In this document: piece by piece, positions 1 to 7,848 of the stretch
Layout of the letters: every line of letters starts with the position of its first letter
Position numbering within the stretch: position 1 is the first letter of the stretch
From: Candidatus Berkelbacteria bacterium
GTDB lineage: Bacteria; Patescibacteriota; UBA1384; UBA12157; JAENIV01
Direction: 5' to 3'
Assembly: GCA_016844295.1 (NCBI GenBank)
Contig: JAENIV010000008.1
Span: 1-30,353, forward strand
DNA length: 30,353 nucleotides
Translations under genes and position numbers: made by a program
The notes under the pieces: generated by a model
Seen by the model: only the letters and a program-made list of their open reading frames with translations
The model's database searches: none
Told to the model about the DNA's origin: nothing

Positions 1-342
1 AAAATAATAAAAACTGCGAAAAAAAGAAATGCCAAAATTCTAACCGTTGATTTCAATTTAAATCGGGTTGCTAAAATTCAAAAAATTTCGGTTTTAAATG
101 TAAATGAATTAGCCGAAAGTCTCAAGCCGTCTTTAATCCCGGGTGAAGAAATCTATGTTAAGATTATCCAAAAGGGCAAGGAGCCGGGTCAAGGGGTCGG
201 ATATTTACCCGATGGAACAATGATTGTTGTCGAGGGTGGAGAAAAGTTAGTTGGTAAAGAAGTCAGTTGTGAAGTTGTCAGAATCTACCATACAGTTGCT
301 GGAAAAATGATTTTTGTTCAACCACAAAAAAAGAAATTTTAA
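1..342 (+). CDS. PIN/TRAM-domain protein (YacL-like), 3' part only; 5' end is outside the window
   Basis: Manual frame-1 translation: KIIKTAKKRNAKILTVDFNLNRVAKIQKISVLNVNELAESLKP...GKEPGQGVGYLPDGTMIVVEGG...GKMIFVQPQKKKF*. The T-D-F-NL-VA and GKE-GQGVGYL-DGTM-VVE motifs are typical of this family. Confidence 0.9.
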   Translation, partial: KIIKTAKKRNAKILTVDFNLNRVAKIQKISVLNVNELAESLKPSLIPGEEIYVKIIQKGKEPGQGVGYLPDGTMIVVEGGEKLVGKEVSCEVVRIYHTVAGKMIFVQPQKKKF

Positions 343-375
343 ATTTCTAAAATATTAGATCGGTAAATTAAATTT

Positions 376-2928
376 CTATGGAACCAAGGCGGCCGATGTA
401 GGTGTTGTCGTCGGGGTTGTTTTGGCTTGGACGTTAATGACAACCGAATCCGAGCTCGAAAGACCAGAAGAATCCGTAACAATTGCTGATACGCGATGTT
501 TTCCCAGGGATAAACTCGTAGCGTTATATGAAAACGAATACGGTTTTTTCAGGACTATCACATTACTTTTATCGTCGATTAAAAATTCAACTTGTTTTAC
601 ACCGATCGTGGAGTCAATAGCAACTAAAATTATAAAGTTGCCCGTAATAATACTTTCATTCGTGGGGGTTTTAATTTTTGCACTTGTGTTATTTGTAAGC
701 CCCGCACAAGTTTTTTCTCCAGAAGGTGGCGTTCCGGACATTAGTCCCATAGATTCAGCGAAGGCTCTAACGGGTCGCTCCCAACTAGGACTGTCTGGTT
801 GTTCAGAATGTACATCCATGAAGGTTTTTTCTTCGACAAATTGAGCAGGACAATCATCAGTAGCCTCTTTGCCAGTATATTTATCTATCCGAATTGTTCC
901 AACCCCACGAGCACGACTGGTCGGTATTTGCCAAGATGCAAAAATATCGCTGATTGTCTCTCCGCCGGCAGGGAGGCTATTTGTATATTTATCAACCGTT
1001 ACGGTTTGAATTCCATTAGGCTTTTCAAAATTTTCAGCCGCCGAGCTGCTTAAAGCCTTTGCCATGTAATCATGCCAAATTGGCGCCGCAGCCATCGCGC
1101 CAGCCGCACCAGCGGCCATGGGCGAATTATCATTATTTCCCACCCAAACACCCGTAACTAAAGAGGGCGTATAGCCCATAGTCCAAGCATCGCGGTATTC
1201 GGAAGTCGTACCGGTTTTAGCAGCAACTTGGCGATCACTAAAAGCTAACGCTGAGTTAGACCCGAATACATATGAACGAGCGCCATTATCAGACAAAATA
1301 GATGATATTTCATAAGCAATCTGTGGATCTAAAACATCTTTTTTATTTTCTTTATATTCTTCAAGGGTCTTACCCTTGCCGTCAACAACTTTCAGAATTG
1401 GGGTCGTTGTTGCTAAGGTTCCATTATTTGCGAAAACTCCGTAGGCTGTTGCTAAATAAATAAGTTTAATCTCGCCCCCACCTAAAACAAGAGATAAACC
1501 ATAGCGGTCGCGATCATTTAAGGTAGTAATACCCATAGAGTGGGCTTGATCCAATACATTATCCATCCCGGCTAAATATAACATTTTTACAGCTGGAATA
1601 TTGAGCGATCCGGCTAAGGCTTTTCTGGCACTTACTGGGCCTCGAGTTTGGCCATCATAGTTTTTCGGCGTGTAATTTCCAAAGTCTGTCGTGACATCCC
1701 ATAAAGTAAACGCGGGATTATATTGTTTTTTAAACGCAGTAGCATATACTACCGGCTTAAAGGCCGAGCCTGGTTGGCGTTCGGCTATCGCAACATTTAC
1801 TTGACCGTCAATATTATTATCAAAATAGTCCCGTGAGCCTACCATGGCCAGAATTTGGCCTGTTTTCGGATCGATAGACACTAGGGCAGCATTTGAAGCA
1901 TTGATATTGTCAAAACGTCTTTCAGCGGCCGATTTAATTGCATCAACGGCTATTTGTTGTTTGTCAAAATCAAGAGTTGTCGTTACCTGTAAGCCACCTT
2001 CTTCCACAACTTGCTCGCCATATTTATCTACCAATAGTTCTTTGACATACATTACAAAATGCGGTGCAGCAATATCGTCTTTTCTCTCTTGAAACTTCAG
2101 ATCTTTGGCATCTTTTTTTGCCTGATCAGCCTGTTCCTGGGTAATATATTTTTGAGTTATCATATTATCTAAAATCCAATCTATGCGCGCTAAACGTTTA
2201 TCAGGATGGATACCATAAGGTGAATAATATGTCGGTCTTTGGGGTAAAGCCGCCAAGGTTGCCGACTCGGCCAAAGATAAATCAGCGGCATTTTTGCCAA
2301 AATACGTTTCTGAGGCGGCCTCGATGCCATAATTATTTGAACCATATGGAATTTCATTGAGATACATAGTTAAAATATCTTCTTTGGAGTACATAATTTC
2401 AATTTCAATGGTTAAAATTAGCTCTTTGATTTTGCGAGTTATGGTTTTTTTGGGATTCAAAAGAGCATTTTTAACATATTGTTGGGTAATAGTTGATCCA
2501 CCTTGAGGGTTACTCCGGTGGAATATATTATAATAGATTGCTCGGGCTATCCCTCTCAGGTCAACCCCATGATGTTTATAAAAATTTCTATCCTCAGCGG
2601 TAATCGTGGCATTTTTAATGTTATTAGGAATTGCCGAGCCATCCACCACAATTCTTTTAATGTCTCCGTGGACAGCGTAAAGCTCTTTACCGTTACGATC
2701 ATATATTTGGGTTGCTGCGGCCGTTTGAAGACGCTTAATTTTACCTGGGGTCGGCAAATCTTTGGCGTACCACGCAAAAAGTAGAAGAATAAACAAAATA
2801 AGGCCTAAGAATATTCTTACTGTCCATAGCCTGATTTTTCGCCAGTTCCACTGCTTAGGATGGCCGATCCTTCTAATACGAGATATATTTAAGGGATTAT
2901 GAAACGGTATGAATCGTTTGAAATTCAT
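376..2928 (-). CDS. Class A penicillin-binding protein (PBP1A family: transglycosylase + transpeptidase) with C-terminal Ig-like domain and Thr/Pro tail
   Basis: N-terminal TM helix. Transglycosylase motifs EDRNFYKHHGVD and GGSTITQQYVKN. Transpeptidase motifs SAFK (SxxK), SLN (SxN) and KTG. Confidence 0.96.
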   Translation of the reverse strand: MNFKRFIPFHNPLNISRIRRIGHPKQWNWRKIRLWTVRIFLGLILFILLLFAWYAKDLPTPGKIKRLQTAAATQIYDRNGKELYAVHGDIKRIVVDGSAIPNNIKNATITAEDRNFYKHHGVDLRGIARAIYYNIFHRSNPQGGSTITQQYVKNALLNPKKTITRKIKELILTIEIEIMYSKEDILTMYLNEIPYGSNNYGIEAASETYFGKNAADLSLAESATLAALPQRPTYYSPYGIHPDKRLARIDWILDNMITQKYITQEQADQAKKDAKDLKFQERKDDIAAPHFVMYVKELLVDKYGEQVVEEGGLQVTTTLDFDKQQIAVDAIKSAAERRFDNINASNAALVSIDPKTGQILAMVGSRDYFDNNIDGQVNVAIAERQPGSAFKPVVYATAFKKQYNPAFTLWDVTTDFGNYTPKNYDGQTRGPVSARKALAGSLNIPAVKMLYLAGMDNVLDQAHSMGITTLNDRDRYGLSLVLGGGEIKLIYLATAYGVFANNGTLATTTPILKVVDGKGKTLEEYKENKKDVLDPQIAYEISSILSDNGARSYVFGSNSALAFSDRQVAAKTGTTSEYRDAWTMGYTPSLVTGVWVGNNDNSPMAAGAAGAMAAAPIWHDYMAKALSSSAAENFEKPNGIQTVTVDKYTNSLPAGGETISDIFASWQIPTSRARGVGTIRIDKYTGKEATDDCPAQFVEEKTFMDVHSEQPDSPSWERPVRAFAESMGLMSGTPPSGEKTCAGLTNNTSAKIKTPTNESIITGNFIILVAIDSTIGVKQVEFLIDDKSNVIVLKKPYSFSYNATSLSLGKHRVSAIVTDSSGLSSSDSVVINVQAKTTPTTTPTSAALVP

Positions 2929-3027
2929 AAATTTACCTCTCCAAATTTATCCTCCTTCACATTTTAGCATGCCCAAAAATAAAATTCCACTTACCCTTTA
3001 CTTTTTAGCATTATACACGGTAAAATC

Positions 3028-3127
3028 ACTATCCACGGGATAAATCCCATGATATGATATAAAAAGAGAAGTTTTCTTCGCTTCATCCATAGTCAAGAGG
3101 CTATGGCATTTCGCTTGAAAATAAATT
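3028..3127 (+). repeat. Dispersed ~100-nt intergenic element, copy A
   Basis: Shares ACTATCCACGGG...GATATG, AAGTTTTCT and ATGGCATT(T/G)CGCTTGAAAATAAA blocks with copy B, 116 nt downstream. 67/100 ungapped identity (hand count) with copy C at 11656-11755. Confidence 0.8.
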
Positions 3128-3143
3128 ATGTAAAGGAATAATT

Positions 3144-3267
3144 ACTATCCACGGGCTTAAGCCCGTGATATGCCTAAGGTAAAGTTTTCTACGCAACACC
3201 TGCGGCTTGACTAGCCTCGCTGATGCGAGTCAAGGTGGGAGGACATGGCATTGCGCTTGAAAATAAA
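3144..3267 (+). repeat. Dispersed intergenic element, copy B, carrying an extra palindromic insert at about 3205-3235
   Basis: Hairpin CACGGGC-TTAA-GCCCGTG. Insert CTTGACT-AGC-CTCGC-TGAT-GCGAG-TCAAG. Ends just before the AAAGGA RBS of tyrS. Confidence 0.8.
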
Positions 3268-3284
3268 GTCCTGAAAGGACAAAA

Positions 3285-4469
3285 ATGGCTGTTGACATTA
3301 AAAGTCTGTTAGAACGTGGGGTGGGGGAGATAATTGTTAAAGAATCTCTTGAAAAGAAACTAGCATCTGGTAAAAATTTAAGAGTCAAGTATGGAATTGA
3401 CCCGAATAAGGGCGATATTCATCTTGGACACGCTGTCCCGATTAGAAAACTTAAAACATTCCAAGACTTAGGTCATACAGCGGTATTTATTATAGGGGAT
3501 TATACCGCGCGTATTGGTGACCCGTCCGCAAAAGACAAAACACGTGAAATGGTTTCAGAGGAAGTAATTAAAAAAAATTCTGACGCATTTTTTACCCAGT
3601 CTTTCCGAATATTGGATAAAGAAAAAACCGAAATACACCTTCAAAGTGAATGGTTTAAAAGTTTTAATTTAGCAAAAGTGTTAGAAATTGCCTCGAAAGT
3701 TTCGGTGGCACAAATTATGGAACACGAAACTTTTAAAAAGCGTATCGAAAAGAATCAACCCTTTGGGGTCCACGAAGAGATTTATCCGATACTCCAGGGT
3801 TACGATTCAGTGATGGTTAAGGCCGATATTGAACTTGGCGGGACCGATCAGAAATTTAATTTACTCATGGGTAGGCAACTTCAAAAGGCATATGGGCAAC
3901 CGGAACAAGATATAGTTATGATGAATTATTTAATTGGTTTAGACGGAAAAGAAAAAATGTCTAAATCGCTTGGAAATTATATTGCTATTAATGATAGTCC
4001 AAGGGATATGTATGGGAAAGTAATGTCGATACCGGATAATTTAATTGTTCAATACTATGAATTATGCACGGATATTACTACTGGCGGATTAGATATCATC
4101 AGAAAAGAATTAGACGAAGGTAAAAATGCTCGCGATATTAAAGCGGAGCTGGCAAAATTAATCGTTGAAATATATTATTCTGCCAGCGATGCTGAAGATG
4201 TTGAGATAGAATTTGATAAAGTTTTTAGAAAGGGTGGAAAACCGTCAGATATGCCAATCGTGAAAATGGAAATGCGAGATATAAGGATAGATGATTTATT
4301 GATGGATTGTAAATTAACCTCATCCCGATCGGCTTCCAGACGTCTTATCGAACAGGGCGCCGTTGAAGTTTCTGGTAAAAAAATTACCGATCCTTTTAAA
4401 ACAATCCAAATTCAAGACGATATGATTGTCCAAGTCGGTAAAAGAAATTTTGTCAAGATAAAGATATAA
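3285..4469 (+). CDS. tyrS: Tyrosyl-tRNA synthetase
   Basis: HLGH (HIGH) and KMSKS motifs, YPILQGYD, GGTDQKFN, C-terminal S4-like domain ending VGKRNF. Confidence 0.97.
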   Translation: MAVDIKSLLERGVGEIIVKESLEKKLASGKNLRVKYGIDPNKGDIHLGHAVPIRKLKTFQDLGHTAVFIIGDYTARIGDPSAKDKTREMVSEEVIKKNSDAFFTQSFRILDKEKTEIHLQSEWFKSFNLAKVLEIASKVSVAQIMEHETFKKRIEKNQPFGVHEEIYPILQGYDSVMVKADIELGGTDQKFNLLMGRQLQKAYGQPEQDIVMMNYLIGLDGKEKMSKSLGNYIAINDSPRDMYGKVMSIPDNLIVQYYELCTDITTGGLDIIRKELDEGKNARDIKAELAKLIVEIYYSASDAEDVEIEFDKVFRKGGKPSDMPIVKMEMRDIRIDDLLMDCKLTSSRSASRRLIEQGAVEVSGKKITDPFKTIQIQDDMIVQVGKRNFVKIKI

Positions 4470-4477
4470 GAATATCA

Positions 4478-6058
4478 ATGATTAAATATAAAATTAAAAA
4501 GTTAGTTCAAAAATCAATAGTATCAGTTTACTCAAAGGCAGGGGATATTACGTTTTCTGTTGAACCGGCCGATAAGAAATTTGGCGATTATTCATCGAAT
4601 GTTGCCATGGTTTTGGCAAAGCAGGTGGGCGAGAAGCCGGAAAATGTTGCTGGTAAATTTGTCAAAGAATTATCAAAAGACGAAATGTTTGAGAGGGTCG
4701 AAGTCGCAAAACCGGGATTTATAAATTTTAAAATCGCACTCCCCTATCTTCAAAACGAAATTTTAGAAATTAATCAAGCCGGTGAAGCCTATGGCAATAG
4801 TGATTTAGGCAAAGACCTAAAAATCAACGTCGAATTTATCTCCGCCAACCCGACTGGTCCATTAACTTTGGGCAATGGCCGCGGGGGGTATGCGGGTGAT
4901 TGTTTGGCTAACGTTTTAGAATCTTTCGGAGCCCAAGTAGAGCGCGAGTACTATATTAATGATCGCGGCGCACAAGTTATTGCTTTGGGTCATTCAGTTT
5001 TAAAAGACTCCGAAAAAGTTTACAAAGGTATTCATATCGATCAAATAGCATCTAAAATAACTTCCAAAAAACCCGAAGAAGCAGGTAGCCAAGCCGTTGC
5101 GATATTGATGGAGGAATCAATTAAGAAAACAATTGCACAAATGGGGATCAAATTTGATAGATGGTTTCGGGAAACAGATCTACATAAAGGGCCAGTTGAA
5201 GAAATCTTGGGTAAGTTAAAGTCGGATAAATTGACATATAAAAGCGACGGGGCTCTTTGGCTTAAAACAACTGATTTCGGCGATGACAAAGATAGAGTAT
5301 TGATAACCAAAGAAGGGGAATATACATATTTTGCTTCGGACATTGCTTATCACTGGGATAAAATCCGTCGGGGTTATAACATCCTGATTGATTTTTGGGG
5401 GGCAGATCACCATGGTTATATTGGCCGTATGCTTTCAGCCGTACAAATTCTTCAAAAAGAAGAAAATTGGTCAGGTGAATTAAAAATAATAATCGCTCAA
5501 CTCGTACGCTTAATCAGTAAGGGCCAAGAAGTCAAAATGTCAAAGCGTGAGGGAAATTTTGTAACCCTCGATGAACTCATAAGCGAAGTTGGTAATGATG
5601 TTACGAGGTTTTTCTTTATCGAGCGAGCAATGAATACGCATATGGATTTTGATTTGGATCTCGCCAAAGAGCATTCGGAAAAAAACCCTGTTTATTATGT
5701 GCAATATGCATACGCTCGGATACATAGTATCCTCGCGAAATCCACAACTAATCACTCAATCACAACTAATCACTCAATCGCTGCTCTTATCAAAGAACCG
5801 GCAGAACTCTCGCTTATCAAAGAACTAATAAAACTACCAGATATAATTATCGAAGCTGCCGAGGACTACCAGGTCCAAAGGTTGCCTTTTTATGCTATCG
5901 AACTAGCCAATAAATTCCATAATTTCTATGAAAATTGCCAGGTAATATCGGAAGATAGAAATCTAACTTTGGCCCGAATCGATCTTATTAAAGCAACTCA
6001 AATAGTACTCAAAAAAACTTTTGATTTAATGGGAATCTCCGCCCCGGAAAAAATGTAA
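4478..6058 (+). CDS. argS: Arginyl-tRNA synthetase
   Basis: VEFISANPTGPLTLGNGRG, YFASDIAYH, WGADHHGY, KMSKREG, NPVYYVQYAYARIHSI, C-terminal GISAPEKM. Confidence 0.97.
   Translation: MIKYKIKKLVQKSIVSVYSKAGDITFSVEPADKKFGDYSSNVAMVLAKQVGEKPENVAGKFVKELSKDEMFERVEVAKPGFINFKIALPYLQNEILEINQAGEAYGNSDLGKDLKINVEFISANPTGPLTLGNGRGGYAGDCLANVLESFGAQVEREYYINDRGAQVIALGHSVLKDSEKVYKGIHIDQIASKITSKKPEEAGSQAVAILMEESIKKTIAQMGIKFDRWFRETDLHKGPVEEILGKLKSDKLTYKSDGALWLKTTDFGDDKDRVLITKEGEYTYFASDIAYHWDKIRRGYNILIDFWGADHHGYIGRMLSAVQILQKEENWSGELKIIIAQLVRLISKGQEVKMSKREGNFVTLDELISEVGNDVTRFFFIERAMNTHMDFDLDLAKEHSEKNPVYYVQYAYARIHSILAKSTTNHSITTNHSIAALIKEPAELSLIKELIKLPDIIIEAAEDYQVQRLPFYAIELANKFHNFYENCQVISEDRNLTLARIDLIKATQIVLKKTFDLMGISAPEKM
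5743..5778 (+). repeat. Perfect in-frame 18-bp tandem duplication (CACAACTAATCACTCAAT x2) inside argS
   Basis: Read directly; encodes TTNHSI-TTNHSI. Confidence 0.9.
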
Positions 6059-6117
6059 ATAACCTATAAGGTGGGGCGTTTATATTGATGAGAACTTTAG
6101 CATTGGCTGGGTTGTAT

Positions 6118-6684
6118 TTAGATCCCAAGACTCGCTGGTATTTCGTATTTTGTACCAGTCCAGTGGATAAAGGCTAGATCTCCGGACTGTTCGGTGAAGA
6201 CTAACATCCAGGACAAATAACTTTCAGAACTATCAAATGTTTGAGTAACAATTCGAACAGGTTTTTTTGTCATTTCTTTATTATCAAATAAATTTTCCCC
6301 GGTTGGAGTTAAAATATACGCGTGGTATTTGCCGTTAGTCATCTTGGTTATAACTAAAGTTTCTTCTTTGCCGTCACCATTAGTGTCGGCCGTTGAAGCC
6401 GCAACAAATGTTTCACCCTCGGGAACTTTATAGTTTTGTGTTCCTGTCGGTGTCGGCAACGCTGTAATAGAGGGTGATGTCGATATATTAGAGGACCCAG
6501 ACGCACTCGGGCTATTAATAATTTTAGAAGGTGTCGGACTTGCTTGGGCGCCAGTTAGGTCATCGCTTGTAGGCCTTATTAAAATGTACAATACATAACC
6601 GATAACCGCGACAATTATTATTACTAATAAGATTATCAACGCCTTATTCGCGCCAGGATTTCTTTTTGGTAGATCATCCCACAT
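6118..6684 (-). CDS. Hypothetical single-pass membrane protein with Ser/Thr/Pro linker and a DxDxDG-like motif
   Basis: N-terminal TM helix, low-complexity SPTPS/SPSASG linker, DTNGDGKEE motif. Confidence 0.75.
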   Translation of the reverse strand: MWDDLPKRNPGANKALIILLVIIIVAVIGYVLYILIRPTSDDLTGAQASPTPSKIINSPSASGSSNISTSPSITALPTPTGTQNYKVPEGETFVAASTADTNGDGKEETLVITKMTNGKYHAYILTPTGENLFDNKEMTKKPVRIVTQTFDSSESYLSWMLVFTEQSGDLAFIHWTGTKYEIPASLGI

Positions 6685-6705
6685 TCATCCTCCTTAGAGT
6701 TAAAA

Positions 6706-7842
6706 TTAGTTAGACTCATTTGATACGAGTCCCACTTTCATTTTAATAGAATTCCTTTGTAAACTCAAGAATGACCAAAATCCAACTGGGATTGGTATCC
6801 AAAATGAAATAAGTCTAAAAATTAACACCGCGGCTAAGGCAGTTGAGGCGGGAATCCCGAAACTTATGAAAATTAGGGACAAGGATGCTTCGGCAACCCC
6901 GAGTCCGCCAGGAATAAATGAGATTGTCGTCAGAATTCTTGTAATACAGTATGCAAAAATGACAATTGCCAAATTGGCATGAAAGCCAAAACCCAAAAAA
7001 GCAAAATACAAACAAAAAATATCTCCAAACCAAAAACATAAGGCTCCGATGATGGAATAAACTTGAAGTCTTGGGTTTTGGCTCAAAATATACGTTGCCT
7101 GATATACTTTATCAACGATCCCGGGAATGCCTGATTCTGGAAATCGTTTCAATTTTAAAAGATTGGTTATCTTATTTGCTAAAGAAATTAATTTCTTGGC
7201 CTTTGCCAGCAGCCGGTTTCTGTTGGTATAAAGAAAAATTAAATAAAAAAGCAAAGCAAAGCCGGCAAAATAAATCAGCCAAATTATTAATATTTTTGTC
7301 GGGCTGATCCCGGAGTTAGATGGTGAAAAAGCCGCCCCAATAAGATAAATTACTGCAAAAACAATCCATATTACCATAGTTCTGGCAATAAACATTAAAA
7401 TAATGTGAGATGTTCTAATGTTTTTAGCTTTATAAAAGTAATAATCAACTGCCGCTTCCCCAAAACTTGCCAATGGTAGAAATTGTACTGAAAAAGAATC
7501 CATGATTGAAATTTTTAAAACATCATAAAAACTTAATTTATCATTTGTCATTCTCAGAACCGTCCGCGTAAGAATAGTCGAACCAATATAAAAAAATGAT
7601 TCGGCCGCGACGGCTAAAATAAAAGCCCAATATTTTATTCTTTCCAGAAGTATAAGAGTTTCCTTAAGCCCGATAATATTTGGAATTAGAATCCATATCC
7701 CAATACCAATCAATAGAATAATAATGACTCTTTTAGCCGAAAAAAAATTGTTTTCAAGTTTAAGGCCCGGGTTTTTAGAGCCCGCGTTATATTTAGAAAT
7801 ATTTTCTACTTGACTATTAGTCTGTGGATCGTGATTTTGCAT
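6706..7842 (-). CDS. Flippase-like / lysylphosphatidylglycerol synthase TM-domain protein (UPF0104-like)
   Basis: Multiple TM helices; signature FIPGGLGVAEASL...ALAAVLIFRLISFWIP. Confidence 0.85.
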   Translation of the reverse strand: MQNHDPQTNSQVENISKYNAGSKNPGLKLENNFFSAKRVIIILLIGIGIWILIPNIIGLKETLILLERIKYWAFILAVAAESFFYIGSTILTRTVLRMTNDKLSFYDVLKISIMDSFSVQFLPLASFGEAAVDYYFYKAKNIRTSHIILMFIARTMVIWIVFAVIYLIGAAFSPSNSGISPTKILIIWLIYFAGFALLFYLIFLYTNRNRLLAKAKKLISLANKITNLLKLKRFPESGIPGIVDKVYQATYILSQNPRLQVYSIIGALCFWFGDIFCLYFAFLGFGFHANLAIVIFAYCITRILTTISFIPGGLGVAEASLSLIFISFGIPASTALAAVLIFRLISFWIPIPVGFWSFLSLQRNSIKMKVGLVSNESN

Positions 7843-7848
7843 AAAGGT

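Noticed and set aside
956-977. REP-like CCTCCCTGCCGGCGGAGAG (minus strand; SLPAGGE) inside PBP1A
   Set aside because: Imperfect palindrome, single copy; cannot be distinguished from ordinary coding sequence without orthologs.
422-2784. Antisense and alternate-frame ORFs over PBP1A (also those over argS, pilB, pilC and the pilins)
   Set aside because: Fully overlap well-supported genes and show no recognisable motifs or RBS.
3029-3037. DnaA-box-like CTATCCACG in copies A and B (replication origin?)
   Set aside because: Two mismatches to TTATCCACA, embedded in a hairpin, no box cluster and no dnaA/dnaN nearby.
3144-3240. IscB omega-RNA/HEARO resemblance (GGGCTTAAGCCC hairpin, TTGACTAGCCT)
   Set aside because: Only short word matches; no HNH/IscB/TnpB ORF adjacent, and the second word belongs to a self-contained palindrome.
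3028-3284. T-box riboswitch upstream of tyrS
   Set aside because: No GGTGG(N)ACC antiterminator (AAGGTGGGAGG does not fit UGGU for Tyr), no terminator, and the same element also occurs before holB.
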